In this document: in pieces, positions 48,820-59,358 of the stretch
Numbering within the stretch: the first letter of the stretch is position 1
How the letters are laid out: the number at the start of each line of letters is the position of its first letter
Assembly (NCBI GenBank): GCA_965230895.1
Contig: OZ246394.1
Span: 505,316 to 569,315, forward strand
Direction of reading: 5' to 3'
DNA: 64,000 nt
DNA from: an uncultured Gammaproteobacteria bacterium
GTDB taxonomy: Bacteria; Patescibacteriota; Microgenomatia; Levybacterales; UBA12049
Notes under the pieces: generated by a model
Told to the model about the DNA's origin: nothing
The model's input: the letters and a program-made list of their open reading frames with translations, nothing else
Databases searched by the model: none
Made by a program: the position numbers and the translations under genes

Positions 48820-50139
48820 GTGTATTATGAAAACATGCAAAACGGAAAACTCTCCAATATTAACGAGCAACTGAAGATCCATTATGTAGTACCTTCTGAA
48901 CTTCAAGCTTCTGAATATAATCCACGCAAGTGGGACGATACTGCCATAAAACATCTTCTTGAAAGTATAAAACGTTTCGGATTGGTTGATCCTATCATCG
49001 TCAATGGAGCAAAGCATCGATTCAATATTGTGATTGGAGGACATTTTAGGCTCAGGATTGCAAAAGATTTAGATTTTAAAACAGTACCCGTAGTGTACGT
49101 TAATATTCCTGATATTAAAAAGGAGCAAGAGTTAAACATTCGCCTCAACCGCAATACAGGAGAATGGGACTTAGAGCTATTGAAAGCGTTTGATATTGGC
49201 CTGCTTTTAGACGTTGGCTTTGATAATAGCGATCTCTCCAATATTTGGGACAATAATCTATCAATTGAAGATGATGAATTTGACATTGATAAAGCAATCG
49301 CAGATGTAAAAGAGCCAAAAACTAGGCTGGGTGACATTATTACTCTTGGTGAACACAGACTCATTTGTGGCGATAGTACAGACCCTGCTGTTGTTGCAAG
49401 GCTCATTGAGAATCATAAGATCAGCATGTTAAATTATGACCCTCCATATAACATAAATCTTAACTACAACAAAGGTGTCGGTGAAAAAGGAAACTATGGT
49501 AGTAAAAAAGTGAATGATAATAAGTCAGCTGATGACTACTGGACATTTCTCAAGAAAGTATTACAAAATGGACTCGCCTACGCATTACCAGATTGCCATG
49601 TCTTTTGCTTTTGCGATCAGTCATATATATGGATACTGCAAAAGCTTTATGCAGAGCTTGGAATAGGGACAAAACGTGTTTGCCTGTGGATCAAAAACAA
49701 TGCCAATATGACGCCACAGATTGCCTTTAATAAAGCATATGAACCTTGTGTATATGGCACAGTCGGTAATCCCTATTTATCCCCCATCCATAATCTCAAT
49801 GAGATACTTAACAAGGAAGTTGGGACGGGGAATCGTTTAACGGACGATATTATGGACATTTTTGACATCTGGCTTGCAAAACGTGTTGCAGGACAGAACT
49901 ACGAACACCCAACCCAGAAACCTCCTACATTATACGAAAAGGCAATTCGCCGCTGCTCAAAACCGGGTGATATTATCCTTGATCTCTTCGGCGGCTCAGG
50001 GAGTCAACTGGTAGCCGCTGAACAACTCAAACGCCGAGCTTTCTTATGCGAAATCGATCCTGTGTTTTGTGATGTCATTGTTGCTCGCTATCAGGAATTA
50101 ACAGGAAAGGAGGCTATTTATGCAGATTCAACCGAATGA
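48820..50139 (+). CDS. ParB-like nuclease domain fused to N6-adenine/N4-cytosine DNA methyltransferase
   Basis: N-terminal ParB/Srx-like (YNPRKWDD...GLVDPIIVN). DPPY motif IV (MLNYDPPYNI). FxGxG motif I (DLFGGSGSQ). Confidence 0.8.
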   Translation: MYYENMQNGKLSNINEQLKIHYVVPSELQASEYNPRKWDDTAIKHLLESIKRFGLVDPIIVNGAKHRFNIVIGGHFRLRIAKDLDFKTVPVVYVNIPDIKKEQELNIRLNRNTGEWDLELLKAFDIGLLLDVGFDNSDLSNIWDNNLSIEDDEFDIDKAIADVKEPKTRLGDIITLGEHRLICGDSTDPAVVARLIENHKISMLNYDPPYNINLNYNKGVGEKGNYGSKKVNDNKSADDYWTFLKKVLQNGLAYALPDCHVFCFCDQSYIWILQKLYAELGIGTKRVCLWIKNNANMTPQIAFNKAYEPCVYGTVGNPYLSPIHNLNEILNKEVGTGNRLTDDIMDIFDIWLAKRVAGQNYEHPTQKPPTLYEKAIRRCSKPGDIILDLFGGSGSQLVAAEQLKRRAFLCEIDPVFCDVIVARYQELTGKEAIYADSTE

Positions 50140-50872
50140 CATTTTTGTATTAGGTTCCCATTACTTAGCTTGTGGAGATGCGTTAGATCTAGAAGTTGTC
50201 AAAAGGCTTATTGGAGATCGAAGCATCTCCCTCATCCTGACTGATATGCCTTACGGGGTTGGCTATGTCGAAAATAAGGGTGATTTCAATCAGCTCAGCA
50301 AGTCAAAAGTAATTGCCAATGATCATGAACAGAGTGAGTCTGACTACAAGAAGTTTACACAAGTATGGCTAGAAATAGTAAAGCCTTATCTTGCTGAGAA
50401 AAACAGTTATTATCTTTTCAACTCCGACAAAATGATTTTTGCGATGAGAGAAGGTCTAAAAGACGCTGGATTTAAGTTTTCCCAGCTACTTGTTTGGATT
50501 AAGAATCATGCCGTTCTGGGACGGCTAAATTACCTACCGCAACATGAATTGATTGCCTATGGTTGGTTTGGCAAACATATATTTATGAAATCACAGGATA
50601 AAAGTGTACTGTTTTGCCCTAAACCAAATAAAAGCCCTCTTCATCCCACAATGAAACCTTTGAGCTTGATTCGGAATCTCATTCTCAACAGTTCTAGAAC
50701 TGAGGAATGGGTGTATGACCCATTTGGAGGCAGTGGTACAACTCTTATCGCATGTGAACAGACAAAACGAAAATGCTTAATGATTGAACTTGATCCTGAG
50801 TATTGCGAGGTCATTATTAAACGCTGGGAAAAAGTAACGAGACAAAAAGCTAGAAAATTGGAAAGGAGATAG
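50120..50872 (+). CDS. DNA methyltransferase (N6_N4 class), second
   Basis: DMPY variant of motif IV. VYDPFGGSGTTLIA motif I. Confidence 0.75.
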   Translation: MQIQPNDIFVLGSHYLACGDALDLEVVKRLIGDRSISLILTDMPYGVGYVENKGDFNQLSKSKVIANDHEQSESDYKKFTQVWLEIVKPYLAEKNSYYLFNSDKMIFAMREGLKDAGFKFSQLLVWIKNHAVLGRLNYLPQHELIAYGWFGKHIFMKSQDKSVLFCPKPNKSPLHPTMKPLSLIRNLILNSSRTEEWVYDPFGGSGTTLIACEQTKRKCLMIELDPEYCEVIIKRWEKVTRQKARKLERR

Positions 50873-50873
50873 T

Positions 50874-51317
50874 ATGGATAATAAAGCATCAAAAACGATT
50901 CAAGACAGACAACAAAAAGAAAAAACACTTCTGATAGATCTGCTTAAAAAGACACCGATTATCCAAGTAGTGTGCGAGAAAGTTGGCATTGCACGAGCTA
51001 CATATTACCGATGGAAGCAAGAGGATGAAGAATTTGCACGACTTGCGGATGAAGCTCTTGTTGAAGGTAGTGGTTTGGTAAATGATATAGCTGAATCACA
51101 GTTTATGTCAGCAATTAAAAATCAAAACCTCACTGCGATCATTTTTTGGCTGAAACACCATCACCCAACATATGCTACCAAAGTTGAAGTAACCGCTCGG
51201 CTGAAAGCGGATAACGAAGTGTTAACTCCAGAGCAAGAAGCTCTGGTTACAAAAGCTTTGAAACTTGCCGCACTTCTTCCAAATAACACAATGGAAACGG
51301 AGGCCAAGCAGTCGTGA
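50874..51317 (+). CDS. Phage terminase small subunit-like protein
   Basis: HTH VCEKVGIARATYYRWKQEDEEF typical of TerS. Start overlaps the upstream stop and the downstream terL start. Confidence 0.65.
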   Translation: MDNKASKTIQDRQQKEKTLLIDLLKKTPIIQVVCEKVGIARATYYRWKQEDEEFARLADEALVEGSGLVNDIAESQFMSAIKNQNLTAIIFWLKHHHPTYATKVEVTARLKADNEVLTPEQEALVTKALKLAALLPNNTMETEAKQS

Positions 51318-52801
51318 TAATACAGCAGTTAACTGATAATGAACTCGAACAAATTAAGAAAAAGCGCTCGGTTCGTCGGATGCTTGCGAAAAATAGTCAC
51401 TATTGGTTCTTCTCTATATACCTTGGTCATTACATAAAATATCCTTTCGCACCCTTTCATCAAGAAATGTTTCAGATGACGGAAGATTTGGGAAATCGTT
51501 TAACCGTACTGATTGCTTTCAGAGGATCAGGAAAGTCTACTATGATGACGCTCTCATATGTTATCTGGGCAATACTTGGTATCCAACAAAAGAAATTTGT
51601 CCTTATATTAAGCCAAACACAAGCACAAGCAAAGCTGCATATGGCAAATATTAAGCATGAACTTGAAAATAACGAACTATTAAAAGCAGATATTGGCCCA
51701 TTTGAAGAACTGAGTGATGAATGGGGCTCGACTACACTTGTGCTTTCAAAGTTTGGCGCACGAATTACCATCGCATCAACAGAACAAAGTATTCGCGGGA
51801 TGCGACATGGAGAACACCGACCTGATCTTGTCATTTGTGATGACGTAGAAGATTTGAATAGTGTCAAAACACGAGAAGGCCGAGATAAAACGTTTCAATG
51901 GCTGACGGGTGAAGTTCTCCCAATCGGAGATCAGAACACGAAAATCTTGATCATTGGTAACTTACTCCATGAAGATAGTCTCTTAATGCGACTTCGAGAA
52001 GGGATAGAAAAACAGAGACTGGAAGGAAAGTTCTTTGCGTATCCGCTTCTTAATATTGAAGATAAAATTGCTTGGCCTGATAAGTTTAAAACGATGCTGG
52101 ATATTGAAAGAGAAAAAGCCAAGATAGGTACGGATTCTGCATGGCACCGAGAATATCTTCTGAGAATTATTTCAGATGCAGATCGAGTTATTCATCCTGA
52201 ATGGATTCAGTACTATGATCGTATCCCATCAGAAACGGATAACGATTTTGAATACACAGCAACAGGTGTTGATCTTGCGATATCGCAGAAAGCGTCAGCA
52301 GATTATACAGCCATGGTAACTGCAAGTGTATTTGCTCAAAATGAAAAACTTCGTGTTTATATATTGCCAAATCCAGTCAATAAACGTATGGGGTTCCCAG
52401 AAACAGTGGAAGTTTCAGTCAACCTTGCAACTGCACTTCAAAGCAGATTATTTATTGAGGATGTCGGCTATCAAAGGTCCCTTATTCAATATTTAGAAAA
52501 TGGACGAAATGTGTCAGCGGAAGGAGTTAAACCAGGGGGACAAGATAAAAGAACAAGGCTTGCATTAGTAACGCACCTTATTCAACAAGGAAAGGTGCTT
52601 TTCCCCCACCATGGAGCAGAAGAACTCATTCAACAGCTAGTGGGCTTTGGCATTGAAAAACATGATGACTTAGCAGATGCATTCGCCATACTGTTACTGA
52701 AAATCATTGAAGAAGATAATAATCCTGCACCAATGGCTTATTTCTTCGACATGGGAGATTTTTATACTCAGGGAAGACATCCACTTTCAGGAGACTGGTA
52801 A
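51314..52801 (+). CDS. Phage terminase large subunit
   Basis: Walker A FRGSGKST, Walker B LVICDDVED, C-terminal RNaseH-like nuclease acidic residues. Confidence 0.8.
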   Translation: MIIQQLTDNELEQIKKKRSVRRMLAKNSHYWFFSIYLGHYIKYPFAPFHQEMFQMTEDLGNRLTVLIAFRGSGKSTMMTLSYVIWAILGIQQKKFVLILSQTQAQAKLHMANIKHELENNELLKADIGPFEELSDEWGSTTLVLSKFGARITIASTEQSIRGMRHGEHRPDLVICDDVEDLNSVKTREGRDKTFQWLTGEVLPIGDQNTKILIIGNLLHEDSLLMRLREGIEKQRLEGKFFAYPLLNIEDKIAWPDKFKTMLDIEREKAKIGTDSAWHREYLLRIISDADRVIHPEWIQYYDRIPSETDNDFEYTATGVDLAISQKASADYTAMVTASVFAQNEKLRVYILPNPVNKRMGFPETVEVSVNLATALQSRLFIEDVGYQRSLIQYLENGRNVSAEGVKPGGQDKRTRLALVTHLIQQGKVLFPHHGAEELIQQLVGFGIEKHDDLADAFAILLLKIIEEDNNPAPMAYFFDMGDFYTQGRHPLSGDW

Positions 52802-52803
52802 AA

Positions 52804-53016
52804 TTAGAAAAGGTCGGCCATTTTAACTTTAAGGACTTTAGCAATCTTTTCTAATACTTCTATAGAGGCAGAATACCTCCCTTGCTCGATATATCCCATA
52901 TATGCTCTACTAATTCCAATTTTTTCGGCTACTTCTTCTTGCGTTAATCCCGTCGTTTTTCTTAGCTTTTGTATCCTTTTGCCAAGAGTTTTCGGTAACT
53001 TTGCATTCTTTCTCAT
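52804..53016 (-). CDS. XRE-family HTH transcriptional regulator
   Basis: LRKTTGLTQEEVAEKIGISRAYMGYIEQGR is a classic Cro/C1 HTH. Confidence 0.85.
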   Translation of the reverse strand: MRKNAKLPKTLGKRIQKLRKTTGLTQEEVAEKIGISRAYMGYIEQGRYSASIEVLEKIAKVLKVKMADLF

Positions 53017-53145
53017 GCCTCAATTATCAGTCTATAACTGCAACATATCCACTTAGTAAGACTTAGCATTTAGCCTCAAATACTACTTGCTTTTACTCTA
53101 AGTTTCGCTTATCATTGTGGTAGAGGTTCGAAAGGAGGTGATTGT

Positions 53146-53577
53146 ATGAAGAAATTTCTTAAATGGGGCGGAATAGCGATTATTATTATCATTTTTATTG
53201 CTGCTTTTAGTGGTGGTGACAAATCTAGTACAAGTACGCAATCGTCTGGAACAGCTCAGGAAAAACAACAAACACCCACAGAAATAACAGCACAACAACT
53301 TGCTGATGATTTTGATAGTAATCAAGTTGCAGCGGAAGCGAAATGGAAAGATAAGCTTGTACAATTTAGTGCTACCATTTCAAATATAACGGATACAGGA
53401 CTTTCATTCTCAAATGTTGCATCCAAGCAATTTTCGACAGCACAGATAAGTTGTCGTGTGAATGACAAGCAACAGCTTTTATCACTCAAAAATGGTGAAA
53501 CAGTTACAGTCAAAGGAATTATTGGAAGCCAAACAATTGGTGTTATTGATATGAGTGACTGTGAAGTTGTGAAATAA
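53146..53577 (+). CDS. Small secreted or membrane-anchored protein, hypothetical
   Basis: AAGGAGGTG RBS, N-terminal TM/signal, Ser/Thr/Gln-rich linker. Confidence 0.45.
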   Translation: MKKFLKWGGIAIIIIIFIAAFSGGDKSSTSTQSSGTAQEKQQTPTEITAQQLADDFDSNQVAAEAKWKDKLVQFSATISNITDTGLSFSNVASKQFSTAQISCRVNDKQQLLSLKNGETVTVKGIIGSQTIGVIDMSDCEVVK

Positions 53578-53588
53578 TCAGTATCTTT

Positions 53589-53634
53589 TAAAAACATTTC
53601 GGGTCAGAGTGTCTATCCTCCGAAATGTTTTTTG
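53589..53634 (+). terminator. Rho-independent terminator
   Basis: aaaacatttcgg ... ccgaaatgtttttt. 12-bp stem followed by a T-run. Confidence 0.75.
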
Positions 53635-53700
53635 TTAATTCAGAAAGCATCTCATATATAACCATTAAACATATTGACAATCATCTACACATTGTAGTAG

Positions 53701-53723
53701 TATATCCCTGCTGGGGGGATATA
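53701..53723. promoter_or_regulatory. CsoR-type operator palindrome overlapping the csoR start
   Basis: tatatccc tgctggg gggatata. 8-bp inverted repeat with a central G/C tract, like known CsoR boxes. Confidence 0.55.
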
Positions 53724-53995
53724 TGGCTTACCAACCGAAAGATCAACAAGAACGCATAGCTCATAGATTAAAGATAGCAAGAGGACACCTAGACAAGGTT
53801 ATTTCTATGGTGGAATCAGACGCATATTGTATCGATACGATGCACCAACTTCAGGCAGTTCAAAGCGGATTAAAAGAAACTGGAAATGTTATTCTTGAGA
53901 ACCACTTAAAGACTTGTGTCGCAGATGCTATTAATAAAGGAAATAAAGAAGAAACGATAAATGAAGTGATGCAAGTGTTTAAAAAAAGGGCTTAG
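53723..53995 (+). CDS. csoR: CsoR/RcnR-family metal-sensing repressor
   Basis: ARGHLDKVISMVE...YCIDTMHQLQAV...HLKTC. W-X-Y-Z ligand pattern with Cys/His/Cys. Confidence 0.85.
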   Translation: MAYQPKDQQERIAHRLKIARGHLDKVISMVESDAYCIDTMHQLQAVQSGLKETGNVILENHLKTCVADAINKGNKEETINEVMQVFKKRA

Positions 53996-53997
53996 TT

Positions 53998-54789
53998 ATG
54001 ATTTTAAAATGGGCAGTTGCTGTCACTGTACTTACAATTATACTATTTGGCGGTTTTATGATAACTCAAATATCCAATACTAATTTAGATACGAAGCAAA
54101 ATATTTCAACGAAGAAAAAAGATGCTTTAGATTCTCTTATCATTTCACCACAATCACCTACCGATAAAGTAATGGTAAATAGTGCAACGTTATCTAAAAA
54201 AGGTTATATCGTTCTTCGAGAGATAGATGGAGAAAAGTTAAGTCAAGTAATAGAAATTAGCAAACCTTTAGATAAAGGTACACATGAAAATATATCAATA
54301 CCTGTAGGAAATGTCGATATTGTAAATAAAGAGCTTATTGTCATGGTATACGAAGACTATGCAAATGACGGTGTCTTTAACGATTTTGATCGACCTTCTC
54401 TCAATGAAGACGGTACGATGATAGCGAATTATATTAAAACTGGAAAATCAATTGCTTCCACAATTACAGAAGGTGACGGTTCAGAAATGATGGGACATAG
54501 CATGGCAGGTATGCAAAGTATGGTGAAAGTGAAATATACAGATAAAGGATTCATTCCAGAAAAGATTGAAGTTACAAAAGGTAGCATGGTTGAATTTGTA
54601 AACGAAAGTAATGCCAATATGTGGGTGGCATCATCACAACATCCTTCACATACAGATTTACCAACGTTTGACCAATTCAAACCAACAAAAAAAGGAAGTA
54701 TTTATCGATACGTTTTTGACAAAAAAGGCAAATGGATGTATCACGATCATATTAATGCAAGTTTAGGTGGAATAGTAACAGTTAATTAA
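53998..54789 (+). CDS. Membrane-anchored protein with C-terminal cupredoxin-like fold lacking the Cys ligand
   Basis: C-terminal EKIEVTKGSMVEFVNES...KGSIYRYVFDKKGKWMYHDHINASLGGIVTV is plastocyanin-like with His/His/Met but no Cys. Confidence 0.5.
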   Translation: MILKWAVAVTVLTIILFGGFMITQISNTNLDTKQNISTKKKDALDSLIISPQSPTDKVMVNSATLSKKGYIVLREIDGEKLSQVIEISKPLDKGTHENISIPVGNVDIVNKELIVMVYEDYANDGVFNDFDRPSLNEDGTMIANYIKTGKSIASTITEGDGSEMMGHSMAGMQSMVKVKYTDKGFIPEKIEVTKGSMVEFVNESNANMWVASSQHPSHTDLPTFDQFKPTKKGSIYRYVFDKKGKWMYHDHINASLGGIVTVN

Positions 54790-54808
54790 AAGTAAAGGAG
54801 GTGAATAT

Positions 54809-55189
54809 ATGAAACAATCTATAATTTATGGAATAATTGGTTTAGTTGTAGGTGGGCTTTTAACCTATGCAATTACTGCTAATAAAACAGAAATGGCTAG
54901 TCAGCCAATTTCTAATACCGCTATGCAGCACGGTGGAGGAAGCAATGGAAGTATGAGTATGTCAGACATGATGGATAGTTTAGAAGGTAAAAAAGGTGAC
55001 GAGTTTGATAAAGCTTTTATCTCAAGCATGATTGAACATCATCAAGGTGCTATTGATATGGCTAAAGCAGCACAGTCGAGTTCAGATCGGCAAGAAATAA
55101 AAGACTTGGCTGACGATATCATTAAAGCTCAAACAACTGAGATTGAAATGATGACAAAATGGCAAAAAGAATGGGGATTTACCCAGTAA
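54809..55189 (+). CDS. DUF305 domain protein (four-helix bundle metal-binding)
   Basis: FISSMIEHHQGAIDMAK ... DIIKAQTTEIEMMTKW matches the DUF305 repeat signature. Confidence 0.8.
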   Translation: MKQSIIYGIIGLVVGGLLTYAITANKTEMASQPISNTAMQHGGGSNGSMSMSDMMDSLEGKKGDEFDKAFISSMIEHHQGAIDMAKAAQSSSDRQEIKDLADDIIKAQTTEIEMMTKWQKEWGFTQ

Positions 55190-55244
55190 TCTTTTTAGGA
55201 GAGGTGCATATCTTGCGCTTCTTCCAAGGAGATAACACAAAATT

Positions 55245-55604
55245 ATGGAACTTGATAAAATTTTAGTAGTACTATTTACACTAGTAGGAATGGGCTTTAC
55301 TTATTGGTTTTTCCTGATGAAAAAAGAAGAGGTTGTTTCTGTTACAGATGCTGTAGATATTACAGTCGAAGGTGGATACTCACCTAATACTATCGCAATA
55401 CCAGTAAATAAAACTACACGAATTTCATTCACAAGAAAAGATCCATCAAGCTGTTTGGAAGAAGTCGTTCTAGGTGATTTTCGTATTAGAAAATATTTAC
55501 CCCTAAATAAAAAAATAACAGTTGAGGTTATACCAAAAAAGAAAGGCGAATTTGGTTTTGCCTGTGGAATGAATATGTTTCATGGGAAAATAATTGTAAA
55601 GTAA
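55245..55604 (+). CDS. Cupredoxin-domain protein (type-1 copper site Cys/His/Met)
   Basis: N-terminal TM segment. C-terminal FACGMNMFHGKIIV with upstream ligand residues. Confidence 0.7.
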   Translation: MELDKILVVLFTLVGMGFTYWFFLMKKEEVVSVTDAVDITVEGGYSPNTIAIPVNKTTRISFTRKDPSSCLEEVVLGDFRIRKYLPLNKKITVEVIPKKKGEFGFACGMNMFHGKIIVK

Positions 55605-55605
55605 T

Positions 55606-55959
55606 ATGATTCAGCTAGATAGTTTTGCACTTTTAATATTTGCTATTCAGGTTTTCCACTCTATTGAAGAGTTAACAACAGGATTTCACAAACGATGGTA
55701 CTTAACCAAACTCTCATTCAAAACGTTTTTAATATTTGAAATTTGTTTTACTCTTTTATGGGGATTGGTAATCTATATCCAAGATTTTCCATTGAGAGAT
55801 AGTTTACTATTATTTTTTATTGCTTTAATGTTCGCAAACGGAGTACAACATGTTGTATGGGCAGGAGCTGAAAAGAAATATGTACCCGGACTTGTTACAG
55901 GAGTCGTTCATATAATCGCATTTTTCTTATTTTATTTTCAATTAGTTAAGTTTGTATGA
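55606..55959 (+). CDS. HXXEE-domain membrane protein
   Basis: [15 protein letters not shown] motif. Four TM helices. Confidence 0.6.
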   Translation: MIQLDSFALLIFAIQVFHSIEELTTGFHKRWYLTKLSFKTFLIFEICFTLLWGLVIYIQDFPLRDSLLLFFIALMFANGVQHVVWAGAEKKYVPGLVTGVVHIIAFFLFYFQLVKFV

Positions 55960-58178
55960 CAGAAATAAAAAAATCATTTCCAATAAAAGGTATGCATTGT
56001 GCATCTTGTGTCAGAGTTACAGAACGTGCTTTGAAGAAAACACCTGGTGTTAAAAATGCAGTTGTTAATTTAGCTACAACAAAAGCAACTGTTACATATG
56101 ATGAGAAAGACTGTACTCCTGAAAAACTTGCTGATTCAATTGCAAAGACAGGTTATACACTTGATCTTGAGGAGAAAAACGAAGAATTGAGAGAAGAAGA
56201 GAAGAAAAAAGTACTAGCGAGTCTCAAGGTAAAAGTTATAGCGAGTTTAACCTCTGGCGCATTACTCCTTTGGGGAAGTTTTCCAGGTCTCATGAATACA
56301 GCTCCAGCACTCTTACAAAATCCTTTCACGCAACTCCTACTTGCTATACCGATTCAATTTTGGGCAGGTCATGAGTTCTATAAAGCAACAATTCCTGCTT
56401 TAAAACATCGTACTGCAAACATGGATACGCTTGTTGCGCTCGGAACAACTGTTGCCTTTGCATATTCTGCCTTTGTAACATTCTTTCCTGAAGTAGTTAT
56501 GAACGTGGGACTTGATCACATGGCGTACTTTGATGTTTCTGTGATCGTCATTGGGCTTATTCTCTTAGGAAGATACTTTGAAGCACAAGCGAAATCAGGA
56601 ACATCCCAGGCAATTAAAAAACTTATCGGATTACAAGCAAAAACAGCACGAGTTATACGTGATGGAAAAGAGTTTGATGTACCATTTGACCAAGTGCTGA
56701 TTGGTGACATGCTTCGTGTGAGACCTGGAGAAAAAATTCCTGTTGATGGAACAGTCATTGATGGTGAATCAAGTATTGATCAGTCTGTTGTTACAGGCGA
56801 AAGTATACCTGTGGATGTCGCTAAAGGAGATACCGTAATAGGTGCAACGATCAATAAAACTGGTTCATTTACCTATAAAGCTATTAAAGTCGGATCAGAT
56901 ACTATGCTTGCGCAAATTATAAAACTTGTTGAAGAAGCGCAAGGCAGTAAAGCACCGATTCAAAAACTTGCAGATGTCGTCTCATCATACTTTGTACCAA
57001 TCGTAATAATGCTTGCGTTCTTAACCTTTGGCGTATGGTATATATTCGGACCTAATCCTGCATTTCTTTTTGCTCTTCTTAATACTGTTGCTGTTCTTAT
57101 CATTGCATGTCCTTGCGCAATGGGTCTGGCTACTCCAACAGCAATTATGGTTGGAACAGGAAAAGGTGCTGAACATGGGATACTGTTTAAAGAAGCATCA
57201 AGTTTGGAAATTGCCAACAAGATTAATGCAATTATATTTGATAAAACAGGGACACTTACAAAAGGTAAACCAGAAGTAACTGATGTTATTCCCGTCAGTA
57301 AGACAAAAAAAGAAGAGATTATACAACTTGCAGCTTCAATCGAAAAAGGATCAGAGCATTCACTAGCTGAGGCAATTGTAAAATGTGCTGAAATACAGAA
57401 AGTAAAAGTTGCCAGTGTTACAAAATTTAATGCAATTGCAGGACATGGTGTAGAAGGAATAGTTGGAAAGAGGAAAGTATTCTTTGGGAATAGACGATTA
57501 ATGGATAGAGAAAAAATTGTCTACAAGAATGTCTCAAAACAAATTGAAGATCTTGAGAATGAAGGCAAAACGGTTATGATTCTTGCAACTGAAGGAAAAC
57601 TTCTTGGACTCGTTGCGGTTGCAGATACTATTAAAGAAACTGCCGTAGAAGGAGTTGCTCAGCTTACAAAACGAGGAATTGAAGTTATTATGATTACTGG
57701 AGACAATGAACGTGCAGCAAAAGCTATTGCTTCACAACTTGGGATTAAGAAAGTATTAGCAGAAGTTCTACCAGACCAGAAAGAAGCTGAGGTGCGTAAA
57801 CTACAAGCTGAAGGCAAACAAGTAGCAATGGTGGGAGATGGTATCAATGATGCACCCGCTATTGCAGCAGCCGATATTGGAATTGCTATGGGGACAGGAA
57901 CAGATATTGCTATTGAAGCGGCTGATATAACTTTAATCAATAAAGATTTACGAAGTGTAGCATCAGCATTTGATCTATCAAAAAAGACAATGCGGACAAT
58001 AAAACTAAATCTCTTTTGGGCATTTGGTTATAATATAGTGCTGATTCCGGTTGCTATGGGTATTCTCTTCCCATTTGGAGGACCACTCCTTAACCCTATT
58101 TTCGCTTCAGTTGCTATGGCTAGTAGTTCAATATCTGTAGTTGCAAATTCGTTACTTTTAAAGCAAGTAAAAATTTGA
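55956..58178 (+). CDS. copA: Copper-translocating P1B-type ATPase
   Basis: N-terminal [14 protein letters not shown] in TM6 (IACPCAMG), [18 protein letters not shown]. Confidence 0.93.
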   Translation: MTEIKKSFPIKGMHCASCVRVTERALKKTPGVKNAVVNLATTKATVTYDEKDCTPEKLADSIAKTGYTLDLEEKNEELREEEKKKVLASLKVKVIASLTSGALLLWGSFPGLMNTAPALLQNPFTQLLLAIPIQFWAGHEFYKATIPALKHRTANMDTLVALGTTVAFAYSAFVTFFPEVVMNVGLDHMAYFDVSVIVIGLILLGRYFEAQAKSGTSQAIKKLIGLQAKTARVIRDGKEFDVPFDQVLIGDMLRVRPGEKIPVDGTVIDGESSIDQSVVTGESIPVDVAKGDTVIGATINKTGSFTYKAIKVGSDTMLAQIIKLVEEAQGSKAPIQKLADVVSSYFVPIVIMLAFLTFGVWYIFGPNPAFLFALLNTVAVLIIACPCAMGLATPTAIMVGTGKGAEHGILFKEASSLEIANKINAIIFDKTGTLTKGKPEVTDVIPVSKTKKEEIIQLAASIEKGSEHSLAEAIVKCAEIQKVKVASVTKFNAIAGHGVEGIVGKRKVFFGNRRLMDREKIVYKNVSKQIEDLENEGKTVMILATEGKLLGLVAVADTIKETAVEGVAQLTKRGIEVIMITGDNERAAKAIASQLGIKKVLAEVLPDQKEAEVRKLQAEGKQVAMVGDGINDAPAIAAADIGIAMGTGTDIAIEAADITLINKDLRSVASAFDLSKKTMRTIKLNLFWAFGYNIVLIPVAMGILFPFGGPLLNPIFASVAMASSSISVVANSLLLKQVKI

Positions 58179-58903
58179 CTAGAACCTCATCTCTTATGCA
58201 AAAGAAAAAAATATTAATTGGATTTATTTTTGTGATCTGTATTGTTATTGGTTCAATCTCATTATTTATATTCTCGTATACGCTAGAATCAAATTCAGAA
58301 AAGTATATTTTCAAGACAGGAAAAAGTCGAATTATCGTTGAGGATGCAAATACAAATAAAGAAATTACTTCAATTAGTCTTTCCTCTACGGAGGAAAACA
58401 TTACAGTAGAACTTTCCCCTCATGACATTCAAATGACACCAAGTAAAAAATATGTTTGGGTAACAGCAAGTGCCTCTCAGGATCAGTTAAGCGCACTTCA
58501 TAAAAATGCGAAAGAACACTTGCATCTGATGATGACAAGCGACCAAGTACTAGTAATTGATCTCAGTACAAATACTGTTAAAAAAAGATTACAAATGGGA
58601 AATAATATACATCTGAGTGATCTCGTCTTTACTCCAGATAATAAGTATACTTACATAGCAGCTGAAAAAGGAAATGCTATTTATAAAATTAATACTTCAA
58701 ATTATACAGTTGAACAAATGATACAACTTCCACCTGAAAGTTTACCTCATGAAATGGCCTTATCGGAAGATACTGAAAGTTTATATACCAGAAATTCTGC
58801 AGGAAGTAATATCTTCGTAATATCAACTAAAAATGATAAATTAATCTCTAAAATGAAAGCTAATGATGCATTAGTAAAATCGATTAATTGGTCAACGCAT
58901 TAA
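58175..58903 (+). CDS. YVTN-type beta-propeller repeat protein with N-terminal TM segment
   Basis: Repeated motifs ([45 protein letters not shown]) typical of YncE-like propellers found in copper loci. Confidence 0.55.
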   Translation: MTRTSSLMQKKKILIGFIFVICIVIGSISLFIFSYTLESNSEKYIFKTGKSRIIVEDANTNKEITSISLSSTEENITVELSPHDIQMTPSKKYVWVTASASQDQLSALHKNAKEHLHLMMTSDQVLVIDLSTNTVKKRLQMGNNIHLSDLVFTPDNKYTYIAAEKGNAIYKINTSNYTVEQMIQLPPESLPHEMALSEDTESLYTRNSAGSNIFVISTKNDKLISKMKANDALVKSINWSTH

Positions 58904-58956
58904 ACAAGTATTTAGAATGATAAATAACTTTCTGGCGTTATTGTAAAACTTATAAC

Positions 58957-59358
58957 ATGTCTGTTATTATATGGACAATGAAATCAGCTACCCTGGGAGA
59001 ATTAGAACAGAAAATCATGGATATACTCTGGGAGCATAAGAGTTGTTCTGGGAGATATGTATTGAAAATACTTGAAAAAGATAAGAAACTTGCCTATACA
59101 ACAGTAGCAACAATAATGCAGCGTCTATTTGATAAAGGTTTACTCACTAGAAAGGAAGATAAAAACGGATACTTATACTCACCAAAAGTTACAAAAGAAA
59201 AATACAGTAAAAGTATTGCACAAACATTTTTAAAGAAATTTATAAATTCTTATGGAGATACTGCTATCGCTTCTTTTGCTGAAAGCGTAGACAACTTGCC
59301 AGAAAAGAAACGACAATATTTTTTAGACATGCTTGAACAGTATGATAAACATAAATAA
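58957..59358 (+). CDS. BlaI/MecI/CopY-family transcriptional repressor
   Basis: LGELEQKIMDILWEH ... YTTVATIMQRLFDKGLLTRK is the penicillinase-repressor wHTH. Confidence 0.85.
   Translation: MSVIIWTMKSATLGELEQKIMDILWEHKSCSGRYVLKILEKDKKLAYTTVATIMQRLFDKGLLTRKEDKNGYLYSPKVTKEKYSKSIAQTFLKKFINSYGDTAIASFAESVDNLPEKKRQYFLDMLEQYDKHK

Larger units (their letters stand above)
44705..53016. mobile_element. Prophage-like island, probably a cryptic remnant. Contains S24 repressor, defense-like operon, methyltransferases, TerS/TerL and XRE, but no integrase or capsid/portal/tail genes.
   Basis: Gene content and divergent repressor/early-operon organisation. Boundaries are approximate. Confidence 0.45.
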
